Shown here piece after piece: positions 28,633-41,435 of a stretch of DNA of 64,000 nt. The notes beneath the pieces were generated by a model, which saw only the letters and a list, made by a program, of their open reading frames with translations, was not told the origin of the DNA and made no database searches. A program made the translations under genes and the position numbers. The stretch's first letter is position 1; every line of letters starts with the position of its first letter. Source of the stretch: Neocallimastix sp. 'constans' (Eukaryota); NCBI GenBank assembly GCA_050613775.1, contig JBODTK010000120.1, positions 124,001 to 188,000 on the forward strand, given 5' to 3'.

Positions 28633-30231
28633 ATATATATTTTATTATTTTATTATTTTATTTATGTTTTATTTTTATTTTTAATTTTATTTTTTTTTGG
28701 TTTAAAAAAAAATACTTTTTTATATTATAATTGAAAATTTTAAATTTCCTTATATTAAATAGTTGATAAAAACGAAATAAAACGAAATTATATATTCAAA
28801 TAATTCTCCCTCAAATATTTCAACTTTTATAAAGTCAAAAAGTTATATATATATAAATATTCCATAGTGTTTACCTTTAAATTTGTAAAATTTTAATTAT
28901 ACCTTTAAAAGAAACTATCAATATAAAAGGAAATTATTAAAAATTTTTGTAAATCTAAAATAGAATAAATTAAAAAAAAACTTTTTTTTCTTTAAATTGA
29001 TAAAGTAAATAATAAAATAAAAATATTTAAATATAATTTTCATTATAGAATAATAGTAGAGATTTAGGATTATTTTAATAACAATATGTTTTAATATTGT
29101 ATAAAAACAGGCAAAAACAGTTTATTTCTTTTTATTATTATTTTTTTTTTACATAATAAATATGTATAGAAATATAATATATTAAAAAAATTTTTTATTA
29201 AAAACATTAAAATTTTTTACAAAACTCTGTAGTAGTAATTATACTATTAAAATTTATTTTTACCAAACTCTGTAATAATAATAAAAAAGTGATTATAATG
29301 ATTATTATAATTATAATATTCATATTAATAAAGACAATAATTGTTAATTATCAAAATTAAATTATTCATTATTAATCTTTTTATTAATCTTTTTTATTAA
29401 TAACATAAGAAAAAATATTTAAAGTAATTTTTTTAAAATTTTTTTTTTTTTAGTTTTAATATTAAATTTTAAACTATTTAAAGTTTTTGTACTCTATTAA
29501 AATAGAAAGTTTTAATTTTAATAAATTAAATAAGCAAATTTTAATATAATATAAACTTTATTTTTTTTCAAAATATATAACTTTATTAATTAATATTTTG
29601 ACTATGAACTTTTTAATATACAAAAAAATAAGTTACAGCTAAAGCTAATAAGCAGTTCATTTCTTGAGCTATTATAAGTAGACAATAAAATATAATGAAT
29701 AAATAATAAATATTTATTTATTTTACTTAAAATATTAAGTTGATTATGATTATATTTTTATATTTCAAAAAAAGAAATTTAGAAATTCAAGAATTTAAAA
29801 AAAATATAGTGTAGATAAATCAAATTAATTATTTTCTTTTTAAACGCATGAAAATTTTTAATTAAAATTTTTTGTCTAACACGAAAATAAGTATTTATCT
29901 ATATGCTATTATATGCATTATTATAACTATTTAATATAGTTCTAATAATGTAGTATTAATAAAAATATATATTATATTTATAATGTAATATATATTTATA
30001 TAATAAATTTTAATTTATTATCAGAAAATTTCAATTTTTTTTATATTTCCTAATTCAGTTTATAAAGTTTATGCTATCTATATTGGAATAATAAATTCAA
30101 ATCTAATTTAATATTAATTTTAATTATTTAAATATTATTGGTTATATTTTTAAAAGCTTATTCTTTTTTTTTTTTTTTTTTTTTTTAATTTATGATTATT
30201 ATTATTATTGTTTTTTTTTTTTACTTTAAAG

Positions 30232-30690
30232 AAAAAAAAACACCTTGGCTTCTTGTGTGGAAGAAGCCAGAAAAACTCTTAATGGTAAATAGAAAGTGCT
30301 ATAAAATTTTAAAAGATTTTTTATTGCTATTTTTTATGAAGTAATAATAATAATTTATATATATATATTTAAATAATCAATTTTCTAAATGATTATATTG
30401 TTAGACAGCTTTGGAAAAAACATTTGTTTTTAAATCAATAATTTATTAAATGACAATATTGTCAAACAATTTTGAAAAAGTACATTAATATGTATATAAA
30501 CTCAATTTTTAAATCTATTTATTTAGGTACTTTTTTTCTAAAAATATTAATAATTTAATTTATATCTAGTCAAAATTAAATAGAATAAATAATAACCTTT
30601 TTCTTGATTGCCAAACCCACTGGATTATCAAAACCAGAGAAAAACATATTGAGTATAGAGTATTTTAAGAAGAGAGCATTTAGTTCCATG
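30232..30690 (+). pseudogene. Possible decayed multi-exon coding remnant; strand and identity uncertain
   Basis: Three less AT-rich islands bounded by AG/GT read KKNTLASCVEEARKTLN, DSFGKNICF*INNLLNDNIVKQF* and INNNLFLDCQTHWIIKTREKHIEYRVF*. In-frame stops are present. Confidence 0.25.
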
Positions 30691-32534
30691 GTTTTGAAAA
30701 ATTTTATTTTATTTTAATTAATATCTATTATACATTAATAATAGTAATAATAAATTAGTTTTAAAATCTTAATTCAATTATGTATTATTTATATTATGAT
30801 TTAATATGTTTTATTTATATTATTATTTAATATGTATTAATGATTATTTATTATTGAAATTTTTTCAACATAATAAATAAAAATGACAAATATATTATTT
30901 ATTAAAGTTTATTAATAAATTTTCTTTGTAATTATAAAAAATAAAATTTATATATATTTATGTTTATAATACATTTAATATGTTTTATTTAAAAAGAAAA
31001 AAAATTAATATATAATTAATATATTTAATTTATTAGAACATAATTCTAATATAATATTACATATATAAAAATAGATTAAATTTAATTTATTTTACAATAT
31101 ATAGTTATAAAAACTGAAAAAGAACAGATATTAAAAGTAATAAAAGATTGAATTATAATTTATATTAATGTATTACAATAAAAAATTTTATTATATATAA
31201 TTATATATATTTTTTATATGTTATATTATATATTGTAATATCAACAAATTATATTTAAATAAATGAAAATATAATGTTTTATATAATATTAAGTACATTG
31301 TATAATATATTAAATGTTTATATATGATTAATAAGATTAGTACATTTGAATAAAATAAATATATTAATAATATATATCAAATGGTATACTATATTATTAA
31401 AATTAATTAATAAATAAATAGATAATAATAAATAAATAAATAAATAAATAATATATATATATAAATAATAAATAAATAAATAATATATATATAAATAAAT
31501 AATATATAAATAAATAAATAGATTTTTCTATTTTAATATATAATATTATATATTCTACTATATTCTATTGTAAATTTCAAAAATTATTTTTTATTATTTG
31601 ATATTTAAAATTATTATTTATTATTATTTATTATTTATTTATCATTATTTATTATTATTAATCAAAATTTGTTTATGATATGATTATTTCTTTTTTTTAT
31701 CTAAACAAAAAGCTATAATTTTTTTTATAAAAACTTTTTTAATACAAAATAGTTTTTAAAAAAAATTTTTTTAAAAAAATAAAGTAATTTAAAGGAAAAA
31801 TAAAAAAATATTAATTAAATTTTAAAGATTTTCTTTTAATTTATTAATTTATTTATTTGTTAAAGTATAAAAATAGAAAAAAAAAAAAAAAAAGAAAAAA
31901 GTAAATAAATTAATAAATTTAAAAGAAAAATAATAACTGAAAAATCTAATTAATATCAAAGAGAAAAAAAAAAAAAATTTAAAAAAAAAGAGAAAAGGCG
32001 TAATTAATTTAAATAACTATTCGTTGGTCTTTCTTTTCTTTTTTTTTTTATATATATATTCTTAAAAATTAAAATTTAAACAAATTAATATAAAGTAATA
32101 TTCTTATCCTTTTTTTTTTTTTTTTTTTTTTGATATACTTAATATAATTGATTTAATATATATTATATTATATTATCAAAACAAGCATTGTAGTTCTATT
32201 TTTCTCATAAATAAACATTAATCAAGGATTATTTTAATAATAAATTATTGGTTCTGGAGTTTATAATGAAAATAAAAAAGATATTTAAATAATAACATTT
32301 AAAAAACAAAAGTGAATTTTATATTTGTAAGAACAAAAAATTCAAAGCAAAAACAAACAAAAAAAAACTTATTAATAATATTAATAATAAGATTATGAAA
32401 GTATAAACAAAAGAAAAATCAAAATTAATTATTTATATTAAAAAAATTCATTTATAAAATGAAAATTATTGATAAAAAGAATAATAGTTCATTATAATTC
32501 ATTTTATAAAAAAAATCTCAGTAATAACTTTAAT

Positions 32535-33135
32535 AATATCAAAAAGCATTTAAAATAGAAGCATAAATTAAAAATATAAATATAAATAATAAATTAAATA
32601 ATTCTTTATACATAGGAAATTAAAATAATATCAAAGAGCTTCATTTTAAAATAGAAGCATAAATTAAAAATATAAATATAAATAATAAATTAAATAATTC
32701 TTTATACATAAGAAATTAAAATAATATCAAAGAGCTTCATTTTAAAATAAAAGCATAAATTAAAAATATAATTATAAATAATAAATTAAATAATTCTTTA
32801 TACATAGGAAATTAAATAATTTTAATATTAATATAAAAATATTTTTTTTTTTTTATAAAAAATATTTATTATTTTAAAAAATATGAAAAATAATTTAATA
32901 ATATATTTTACCTTTTATTGAGTTAAAAATATCTTGAAATTAAATTAAATTAAATATATAGAATTTCATAACAGTTTATAAACATAAGAAATTAAATAAT
33001 TTCAATATTAATATAAAGATATTTATTATTGTAAAAAATATGAAAAAAATTTAATAATATATTTTACCTTTTATTAAGTTAAAAATATCTTGAAATTAAA
33101 TTAAATTAAATATATAGAATTTCAAAACAATTTAT
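32535..33135. repeat. Compound tandem repeats upstream of the Ivy1-like gene: 96-bp unit x3, then a ~180-bp unit x2
   Basis: GCATAAATTAAAAATATAA at 32561, 32657 and 32753. The CCTTTTATT(G/A)AGTTAAAAATATCTTGAAATT block occurs twice. Confidence 0.85.
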
Positions 33136-33419
33136 TAAATTAAATTAAAGAATTTCATAATAGTTTATAAATTTGAAGTATTATTTATTTCATTATGAAA
33201 TAAATTAATTAAATTTAAATAAATTTATTTCATAAAATAATTATTCTCTAAAAATACTGAATTTTATATATATATAAATTTTATTTTATTTTATTTTATT
33301 TTATTTTAATCAAAGAGCTTCAATAAAAGATTAACATAAAATTTTTAATATATATTATTATAAAATTTATAGTAAATATTATTAAATAGTAAAGAAAAAG
33401 AAAAATTAATCCATAATAA

Positions 33420-34844
33420 ATGATGACCATTAATAAATCAGGAAAAAAAATTACAAAAAGTGACATTTCAGTTCCAGTCACTATGATGAAACCAATGAAT
33501 GATGGAAGTGTTTCTTTCCAGAAGGGAAAGGGTGCTGAAATTCCATTTATGGATCTTCAACTTGAAGAAGAAGCAATTGAAGAACCAGCCATGACCATGC
33601 AACAATATCAAGATTTCTTACAAGCTGTTGCTGCTTTTAGAAAATCTATTCAAGCTACTGCTATGACAGCTGAAAAGTTTGTTAGAGCTTTAGAAGATGT
33701 TACCAATTATGCTTCTAAGAGTAAATATATATATTTTTATAAAATAAATAACAAAGAAACAAAAATTAAAAATAGGAAATTAGTGAAAATGAATAATAAA
33801 ATAATAATATTATATAAAAAATTTTATTTAATAATATTAACAATAAAAATTTATAAACAAAATTGAATTATAATGTTTTAATAATAATTTTAATAATGAA
33901 ATTTAAAAATATATTTTAAATTAATTAAATAACAATAGCTAATATAACAAGACCACATATTTTAGCCGATCTCGATTTTCTTATTGATAGTACTCAATTA
34001 TTCGCTAACGCCAATATGACTTGGGTATATTAAAATTTTTAAATTGATTTCTAATAAATAAAATTATAATTGTCTTTATTTAAAATACATTTAAAGTTAC
34101 TAATCATTAATTTATGATAAAAAAAATTAGGCTGAAGCTTTAGAAAGAGAATTCGAAGGACCAATTGCCACTGATATTAAGGCTCATCAAGCTAGAGGAA
34201 AAGTAAGTATCAAATAAAATATTAAAATACTAAAATATTAAAAATAATATGAAATATATAAATTTTTTAAATATATAAAATATAGAAGATAAAATATAAA
34301 ATATAAAATATTAATAATTTATATTTACCTGATATTAAAATATATTTTGTATTTAAATATGTTAATTAATTTTTTTTTTAAAAATTTATATATTATTTTT
34401 ATTTTATAGCTTACTCAACATACTAATCAAAAGAAAATCAATGAATTGATTGCATCCTTCCACAAGGAAGAACATGATTCTTACAAAAAAGGAAAGAAAC
34501 AACAGAGAGATTTAGGAATGCTTACAAACGTAATAAATATTTTTTTTATTTTAATTAAAAAATAAAAAATGAAGTTAAAAAAAATATTTTTAATATCATT
34601 ATTTCAATAAAATTAATATAATTTTTATATTAAAATAAATATTTAGTCTTTAAACTCAAGAGTATCATATGTTACTGAGATTAAACGTTTATTGATTGAT
34701 AACTCAAGTATTTATGACCGTTTAGCTTCCGAATCTGTTGAATTTATATTGGAACATTGTGCTGTTGGTATTAGACGTGAACTTGAAACTTTTGAAACAA
34801 TTGTAGAAGGACTTAAGAAGGTAAAATATATAAAATACAAAAAA

Positions 34845-34880
<36 letters not shown>

Positions 34881-35090
34881 TATATATAATATATATATTA
34901 TTTTATATTAAATATTATAATTATATAATTAATAAAATTAAATTTAAATTAGTTGGGTGCTTTCCAAACTGCTCAAGAAGAAGAAGAACAATCATATATA
35001 GATGACAAAGCCCCATCAGATTTAATTTTCACAGAAGAAGAAGAAAAATTTAAATTGGATTTCTTAAGAGAAGCTTTAAAAGATATATAA
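33420..35090 (+). CDS. Ivy1-like I-BAR/IMD-domain protein. Exons 33420-33720, 33939-34024, 34131-34202, 34410-34529, 34647-34820, 34953-35090 (296 aa)
   Basis: Six exons total 891 nt in frame. The helical pattern YQDFLQAVAAFRKSI..AEKFVRALE..EFEGPI..KKGKKQQRDL..RRELETFE resembles the fungal Ivy1 IMD domain (recognised from memory). The gene model is more certain than the product call. Confidence 0.7.
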
Positions 35091-35527
35091 ACTGAATAAT
35101 AAGAATTGATATTTTTTTTTTATAAGATTAAAGCGAAAAACAAACACTATTATTTAATAAAGATAACTAATCAGAAACTATTTTTTTTTTCTTTAAAAAA
35201 ATAAAAAAAAAAATAAAACAATAATTTTCATAAAAAATAATAATAAACAATCAGTTTATTAATATCTACTTTTTTCTTTTATTTTTTTTTTTATTTTATT
35301 TTATTTTATATTTTATTTTCTATTTGTTTTTTAATTTTAAATTAAAATAATAAAACATAATTCTTATTAAAATTTAAATGAATAAATGAATAAATAAATA
35401 AATAAAAAGATATAAAATACAAATAAAAAATTAAAATAATAATAATAATAGTAATAAAATATATTAATATTTAAATTATTTTTAAGATTAAGAAAATAAA
35501 ATTTTTTTTAAATAAATAAATAAAAAA

Positions 35528-35565
<38 letters not shown>

Positions 35566-35789
35566 TAAAAAATAAAAAAAAAGAAAATAATAATAATAAT
35601 AATGATGATAATAATAATAATAATTTTAAATTAATAAAATTATAAAATATGTTTTTATAAAAAGAATATATAAAGTTTTTTTTTTTTTTTTTTTTTTTTT
35701 TGATATATATTTATAATATATTATAAAGTAATATATTAATTTTTTAATAATGTATTTTTATATACAGAATAAAAAAAAAAAAAAAAAAT

Positions 35790-36110
35790 GTTGTGGTAAA
35801 GGTGATCTGTTATTTATTTATTGGATATTTGAATGTTCTACTTTTATTCAAATGCTATAGATTTCAATCTAATATTAGGAAAAGTGGAACATTCAAAACT
35901 TGCTACAGTTTTAATATATTAATATTTAAATTTCAATCAGAATCTTTTCAGGGATCTTTGGAAAGACGATGTCTTGAGGAATCCAACCCAAGAAATTTAT
36001 AATGAAAATGCCAATCTTTTTAATTTTTCATTTGTAGAAGATACTAATTCATTAATATTGTCTTTAACTGGATGAGAGACTGTGAATGATTGATTATTTA
36101 TTTATTTTTG

Positions 36111-36158
<48 letters not shown>

Positions 36159-37185
36159 CCATTTCCATGTTTTTCCTAGAGCTAAACGAACGTTCAATTT
36201 TAATAATATTATTATTTTTTTTTTTTTGAATTAATTCACATAGTCTATTATACGAGTCAACAATTTCAGCAAATTCATTGGAATCACATGTAGATTTATA
36301 ATGCTTAATAAGTTTTATACTTGAGATATTTTATTTTTTAAAGACAATAAAATTTTTACGAAACATTCTTAAATATCTCTTTTCAAATTTCTGTTGACGA
36401 TGTTAATCAATAGATCCTTAATGATGGAATTGGTGGTGTTGATGAACTTTTCAATAATGCAATCTAATAAAAGTTAAGAGTGAAATTTGTAATCACAATA
36501 AATTTGATAACTTTTTTCACTCTTTAGTTTAAGACGTTTTTAGATCTACCCTATCCCATCAAAAAAATTTTTTTTTTTTTTTTTTTTCGGTAACAAAAAT
36601 GATTCATTTTTATTATGACTATTACTATTATAATTATTAGTAACTAATTTAAACTAATTAAATTCTTTTTATATATATACTAAATAATATTTATTATTTA
36701 GAGGTATTATTTTATTAATATTATTTTCATATTATTTTGCTATTGTCACGCCCGGATTCTCCACCAAATTTGATACGATATTTTATTTATGTATCTAAAT
36801 TAATATTTATTTATGGGCAATGACAATAAGGAATTATGACAAAATAATATATTCTAATATTAAATAGAAATAACACATACAATAGTACAAAATAAAGTAA
36901 TAAATATATCTTTTTTAATGTTCTCTTTAGTTATTATTAATTATTAATTATTACATCAATTATTATTATTACTTTCTTATATACATATTATAATTAATTA
37001 TCTCAAATATATATAATATCTTTTTTTAACTATACTAAAATAAAATATAAAAAATAGCTATTTATGTGAATTAATTTATCATAAGTAAAAAATAAAAAAA
37101 TTCTTCGTTTAATAATTATTATTCTAAAATTTTATATATTATTATAAAATTATTATTGTCCAATAATATTTAAGTATTTCTTTAA
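35790..37185 (-). mobile_element. Decayed, truncated LTR element ('element 0'): 5' LTR fragment E' (36771-37185), PBS, and a degenerate internal remnant to the left
   Basis: The LTR starts TGATACGATA and is alignable to solo LTR 59567-60032. An 18-nt PBS lies 4 nt away. Coding-like but stop-ridden sequence occupies 35790-36560. The left boundary is uncertain. Confidence 0.6.
36749..36766 (-). other. Primer-binding site TGGTGGAGAATCCGGGCG (tRNA-Ala-like 3' end)
   Basis: The complement ends in TCCACCA, lies 4 nt (AATT) from an LTR end, and is identical to 49777-49794. Confidence 0.85.
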
Positions 37186-38443
37186 TGTTAAAATTTTTGA
37201 ATTTAGGTAGGTAAGATTATTGTTAAAATTTTGGATAGGTAAAGATTATAGTTAAATCTTTATTGAGTGGTAGGTTAGATTCTTGTTAAATCTTCCTCAG
37301 TTTGGGTTAAATTGGTCAGGTCAAGATGTTTATTATTAATTATAGCAATTTAATTAAATTTAAATAATTATTGACACACACAAGTTTTATAGTTAAGAAT
37401 TCAATCTTTAAGATTTATGTTTAATTAGAATTTTATTTAATATATATTTTAATAATAAAATTAACTAAGATTAATATAAAGAATTATTTATTCTTATAAT
37501 TAATTCATTAACTTTATGTTAATAAGTTATAATTTATAAGTTAATAATCTTACAATGAATTCAAAATATGGAGTTTCAAATCCTTTATATACTAAACTAA
37601 AATAAAAATCAACAATATAAATAATTAATACATTTTAATCTTAATATATTCATACATGTATATAAACTATATAAAATATAATAATAAAATAATATTGATA
37701 AGAATCTTTTAATACAATAACTATATAATTATTCATAAAACAATTTAATAATAAAACAAATTTAATAATAAAACTAATTTAATAATAAGAAAATATAAAA
37801 TAAAATAAAATAAAATATTAAAACTAATTAAAAATTCTCTTTCGGAAATCTTTAGAATGATAAAGAATTCCTTAGAATCTTTTAGAAAATAATTGAATAA
37901 AAATATTATAATAAAATATATAAAACTTATAGACTTACTTAAATTATTATAAAACTATTACTAATAACTAATTCTTTATTTTTAATTAATAATATTTGTT
38001 CATAAAAAATTAATAATATAATTTCCAAGTTAAGAGACTTTATCTAATATAGATTTCTTAATTAATAATTTAGGGTCTTAATTAAATAATTAAATTATTT
38101 TTTATATTTAAAATATCTTTAAAGTCCAATATCTCGTTATCTAGTTATAGTTCTCGTCCATAGCTTTCTATGAATATAGTTTTAACGTGAATATCAATAT
38201 AATATTTCCATTATTGATCGTTGTTTTTCTTCAAGTTATTTTTATTAAATCCTTAAGGGTTAAATTAAATTAAATTATCTTTAATAAATAAGTCCAAACC
38301 CTTTGGTTTCTAATTCTTTAATGTTTCTAATATTTATTTTTATAATTAAAATCGAATTAAAATAATTTTTTGTCAATAACTAAATTAAATTTCAATTGAT
38401 CTAATAGTGAATTTTAACTTCAAATCTACTAGTATTTGTGACA
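37186..38443. mobile_element. LTR-like fragment(s) interrupting E'; TGTTAAAA start and TTTGTGACA end; probably rearranged
   Basis: Begins exactly where E' stops matching LTR E. Shares AGGTCAAGATG..AATTATAG with the reverse complement of solo LTR 58124-58783. No matching TSD pair was found. Confidence 0.45.
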
Positions 38444-38494
38444 TTATTTTTATGAAAAATAATAAAATTAACATTATTTGTTCATTCCTTAACA
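38444..38494 (-). mobile_element. Terminal 51-bp remnant of a Y-family LTR (X)
   Basis: Nearly identical to the last ~51 bp of 38499-39424; ends CCTTAACA. Confidence 0.65.
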
Positions 38495-38498
38495 AATT

Positions 38499-39424
38499 TG
38501 TTGAGGTTCGGGACAGAATAATAATAAATATAGAAATAAACACTAAAATAAAAAAATGAAAAAATTAAAATATATCTTTTTTTTAAAATATTTTATTTAT
38601 TTATTTATTTAATAAAAATTATTCAATTAAAACTAAAAATAATTTAATTTCTTCAATAAGATTATCTTTTTCAAGATTATTTTTCTCAAATACAATTTTC
38701 TCATCTATTTATATATTTTTTTTTTAATCGTTAGAAATGGTCAAGCCATTTCTTTAGAATATTTTAGAGTTACATGTTTGAATTGTATTTGAATTATAAA
38801 TTCATAATCTATTCTATTATAATAAATAATTATTATATATTATTAAATTCTAAACTATTTATTATTAATTGTAGTGATAATATATTTTAAAAATAATTTT
38901 ATTATTGTTACAGAACTATTAATAATAGAGTATTATTTAATTTTATACTATTTTTAAATAAAAGTATTTTAGATTATTATCTATTATTAATCTTATTATA
39001 AATAGGGTGTATTTTGGAAGGAAGTATTAATAATTTTAATGACAAGGATCATGGATTTAAGTAAAATATTTTTAAATCATTATTAATTATATTAATTTTT
39101 ATTAATAATAAATAATCTGTATTAGTAATATTTGTAAAATAAAATTTTCTTTAATAATAAAATATTGATAGAATAAATCATATTAATAAAACTAGATATT
39201 GATAATAATATTGATATTAATAATATAGTATTAATTTTAATAATAAAATATTGATATTGATAAAGAATTTATATTAATAATAATAATTTTAATATTAGTA
39301 ATAATTTGGCAGTAATAGAACATAAGAAAGTTCTCCAGGTAAGGAAATAAATAATTTAATTTTAGTGGTTAAGTTATTTTTATGAAAAATAATAAAATTA
39401 ACATTATTTATTCATTTCTTAACA
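38499..39424 (-). mobile_element. Solo LTR Y
   Basis: TGTTGAGG..TTCTTAACA termini, flanked by 4-nt spacers AATT and TTTT that separate it from the neighbouring LTRs. Confidence 0.7.
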
Positions 39425-39428
39425 TTTT

Positions 39429-40218
39429 TGGTATGGTTCATATAATTTTAGGAATATAATAATAATTAACACAAATAATAAAATTACAATAAAAAAAAAA
39501 TAATTTGTTTTAAAATCAATATTTATTTATTTAAATTTATAAAAGAAAAATAATAATATAATTATTTATTTAATAAAAGTAAGTTATTGATTATATTTTA
39601 TTTCACTAAAAATTACATGTATTTATATTTTTTTATCAAATTAAAATTTGTAAAGCCTAACTATTTTTTTTAATAAACTAATTACTAATTATTTTTATAA
39701 ATAAAACATTTAAATTGAAATTGAATTATTATTTTAGTTAATAATATTATTGTTATAAATAGTAGTTATATATTATTGAATTATTAATTATTTAATAATA
39801 GTTTAATACTAATATATATAAAATAAAAATAAAGAGATTATACAGAATATTTTATTGTGATTTAGTTAAATTTAGTAATTAAAAATAAATTTAAATTGAT
39901 AACGAAAATTTTAATAACTAATTAAATAGATTTGATTATTTTCAATATAACATAATACAAAAGAAATATAATATTAATATATTAAGTGGGCAAGGACAAT
40001 ATTCTTGGCTAAAGATTTTTAATACATTATAATGGAATCGGATCGATAATTCAAAAAGGAATTATAAGTTAATTAGTGATTTATTAACTTAAGATTTCTA
40101 TTTAGTAATATTTGAAGAATATTGGAAAGTTCCAATTATATAGAATAGAATAATCTATAAGGTTAGAATAATTTATATTATTCTAGCACAATTAGTATTA
40201 TTTGTTCATTCTGTATTA
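39429..40218 (-). mobile_element. Solo LTR Z with decayed termini
   Basis: TGGTATGG..CTGTATTA are transition variants of TGATACGG..CCGTATCA. TTTT lies on both sides. Subterminal TTATTTGTTCATTC is shared with X and nearly so with Y. Confidence 0.65.
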
Positions 40219-40849
40219 TTTTTGATACGGGCTGGGGTTGAAACACTAAGATATTCAAAACAAAAAAATAAATATTAACACATAACTATAAAAATAAGTT
40301 TGGAAACAAGAAAAAATTAAATTTTAAAATATTCTTTATTTAAATTTAAAATTAAAATTATTTGTTCCCAGTATTAAAAAGAAAGAAATTTATTCTTCTT
40401 TTTATACTTTTATTTTAATACATTTTATTTATTATTAATATATTCTTTATAAAAAAAAAAACTATTATAACTATTTTATTTTAATTTTTAACTATTATTT
40501 TAAATTATTTTTTTAAAAAAAAAAAATAACATTTATTAAATTAAAATATAAAAAATTAATTTGGAGCTTGTATCACGAAGGGCATTCCGGGCGGTAGCTT
40601 CTTCTTGATATTGTTATTCAGAGAGAGAATTATACAGAATTGATATTTTCTGTATTTTAGATCATTTTTATTATTGGAATTCTTCTGTATTTTAGTTCAT
40701 TTTTATTTTAATAAAGATTTAATATATTTTTAATTTTTGTTTTATTTTTAGTTTATTTCAAAGGTTTTAGAAAATATTATACAGAAACTTATAATTCTGT
40801 ATTTTACATCAAATATTTATTGAAATAGGTTTTTATTATTCTTAATATA

Positions 40850-41375
40850 AAAATAAGAATTAGTAATGATTTAAATATTATATAATTTTTAATAAGAATA
40901 TTTAGTAATAATTTTTATTATATTTAATATTAATAAAATATTTAATAATTATTTTTATTAGATTTGATATTAATAAAAGATTTTAATAAGAATATTTAAT
41001 AATAATTTTTATTATATTTAATATTAATAAAAGAATTTTATAAGAATATTTAATAATAATTTTTATTATAAAAGATTTTAATAAGAATATTTAATAATAA
41101 TTTTTATTATATTTGATATTAATAAAAGATTTTAATAAGAATATTTAATAATAATTTTTATTATATTTAATATTAATAAAAGAATTTTATAAGAATATTT
41201 AATAATAATTTTTATTATAAAAGATTTTAATAAGAATATTTAATAATAATTTTTATTATATTTAATATTAATAAAAGAAATTTATAAGAATATTTAATAA
41301 TAATTTTTATTATATTTGATATTAATAAAAGATTTTAATAAGAATATTTAATAATAATTTTATTTTATTATTATT
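40850..41375. repeat. AT-rich minisatellite (~54-bp and ~39-bp units) in the U3 region of LTR A; longer version at about 57435-58118
   Basis: Recurrent ATAAGAATATTTAATAATAATTTTTATTATA units. Confidence 0.9.
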
Positions 41376-41435
41376 AAGAGTATTTAATAGGAAATACAAG
41401 GTATTTAGTGACACCCCGTATCATAATCTCCCCGC

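Noticed and set aside
33450..33500. CRIB motif (ISVP) in the Ivy1-like protein
   Set aside because: It lacks the downstream FxHxxH residues.
36749..36766. tRNA gene
   Set aside because: Only 18 nt of a 3' end including CCA is present, with no cloverleaf upstream. Its position next to an LTR identifies it as a PBS.
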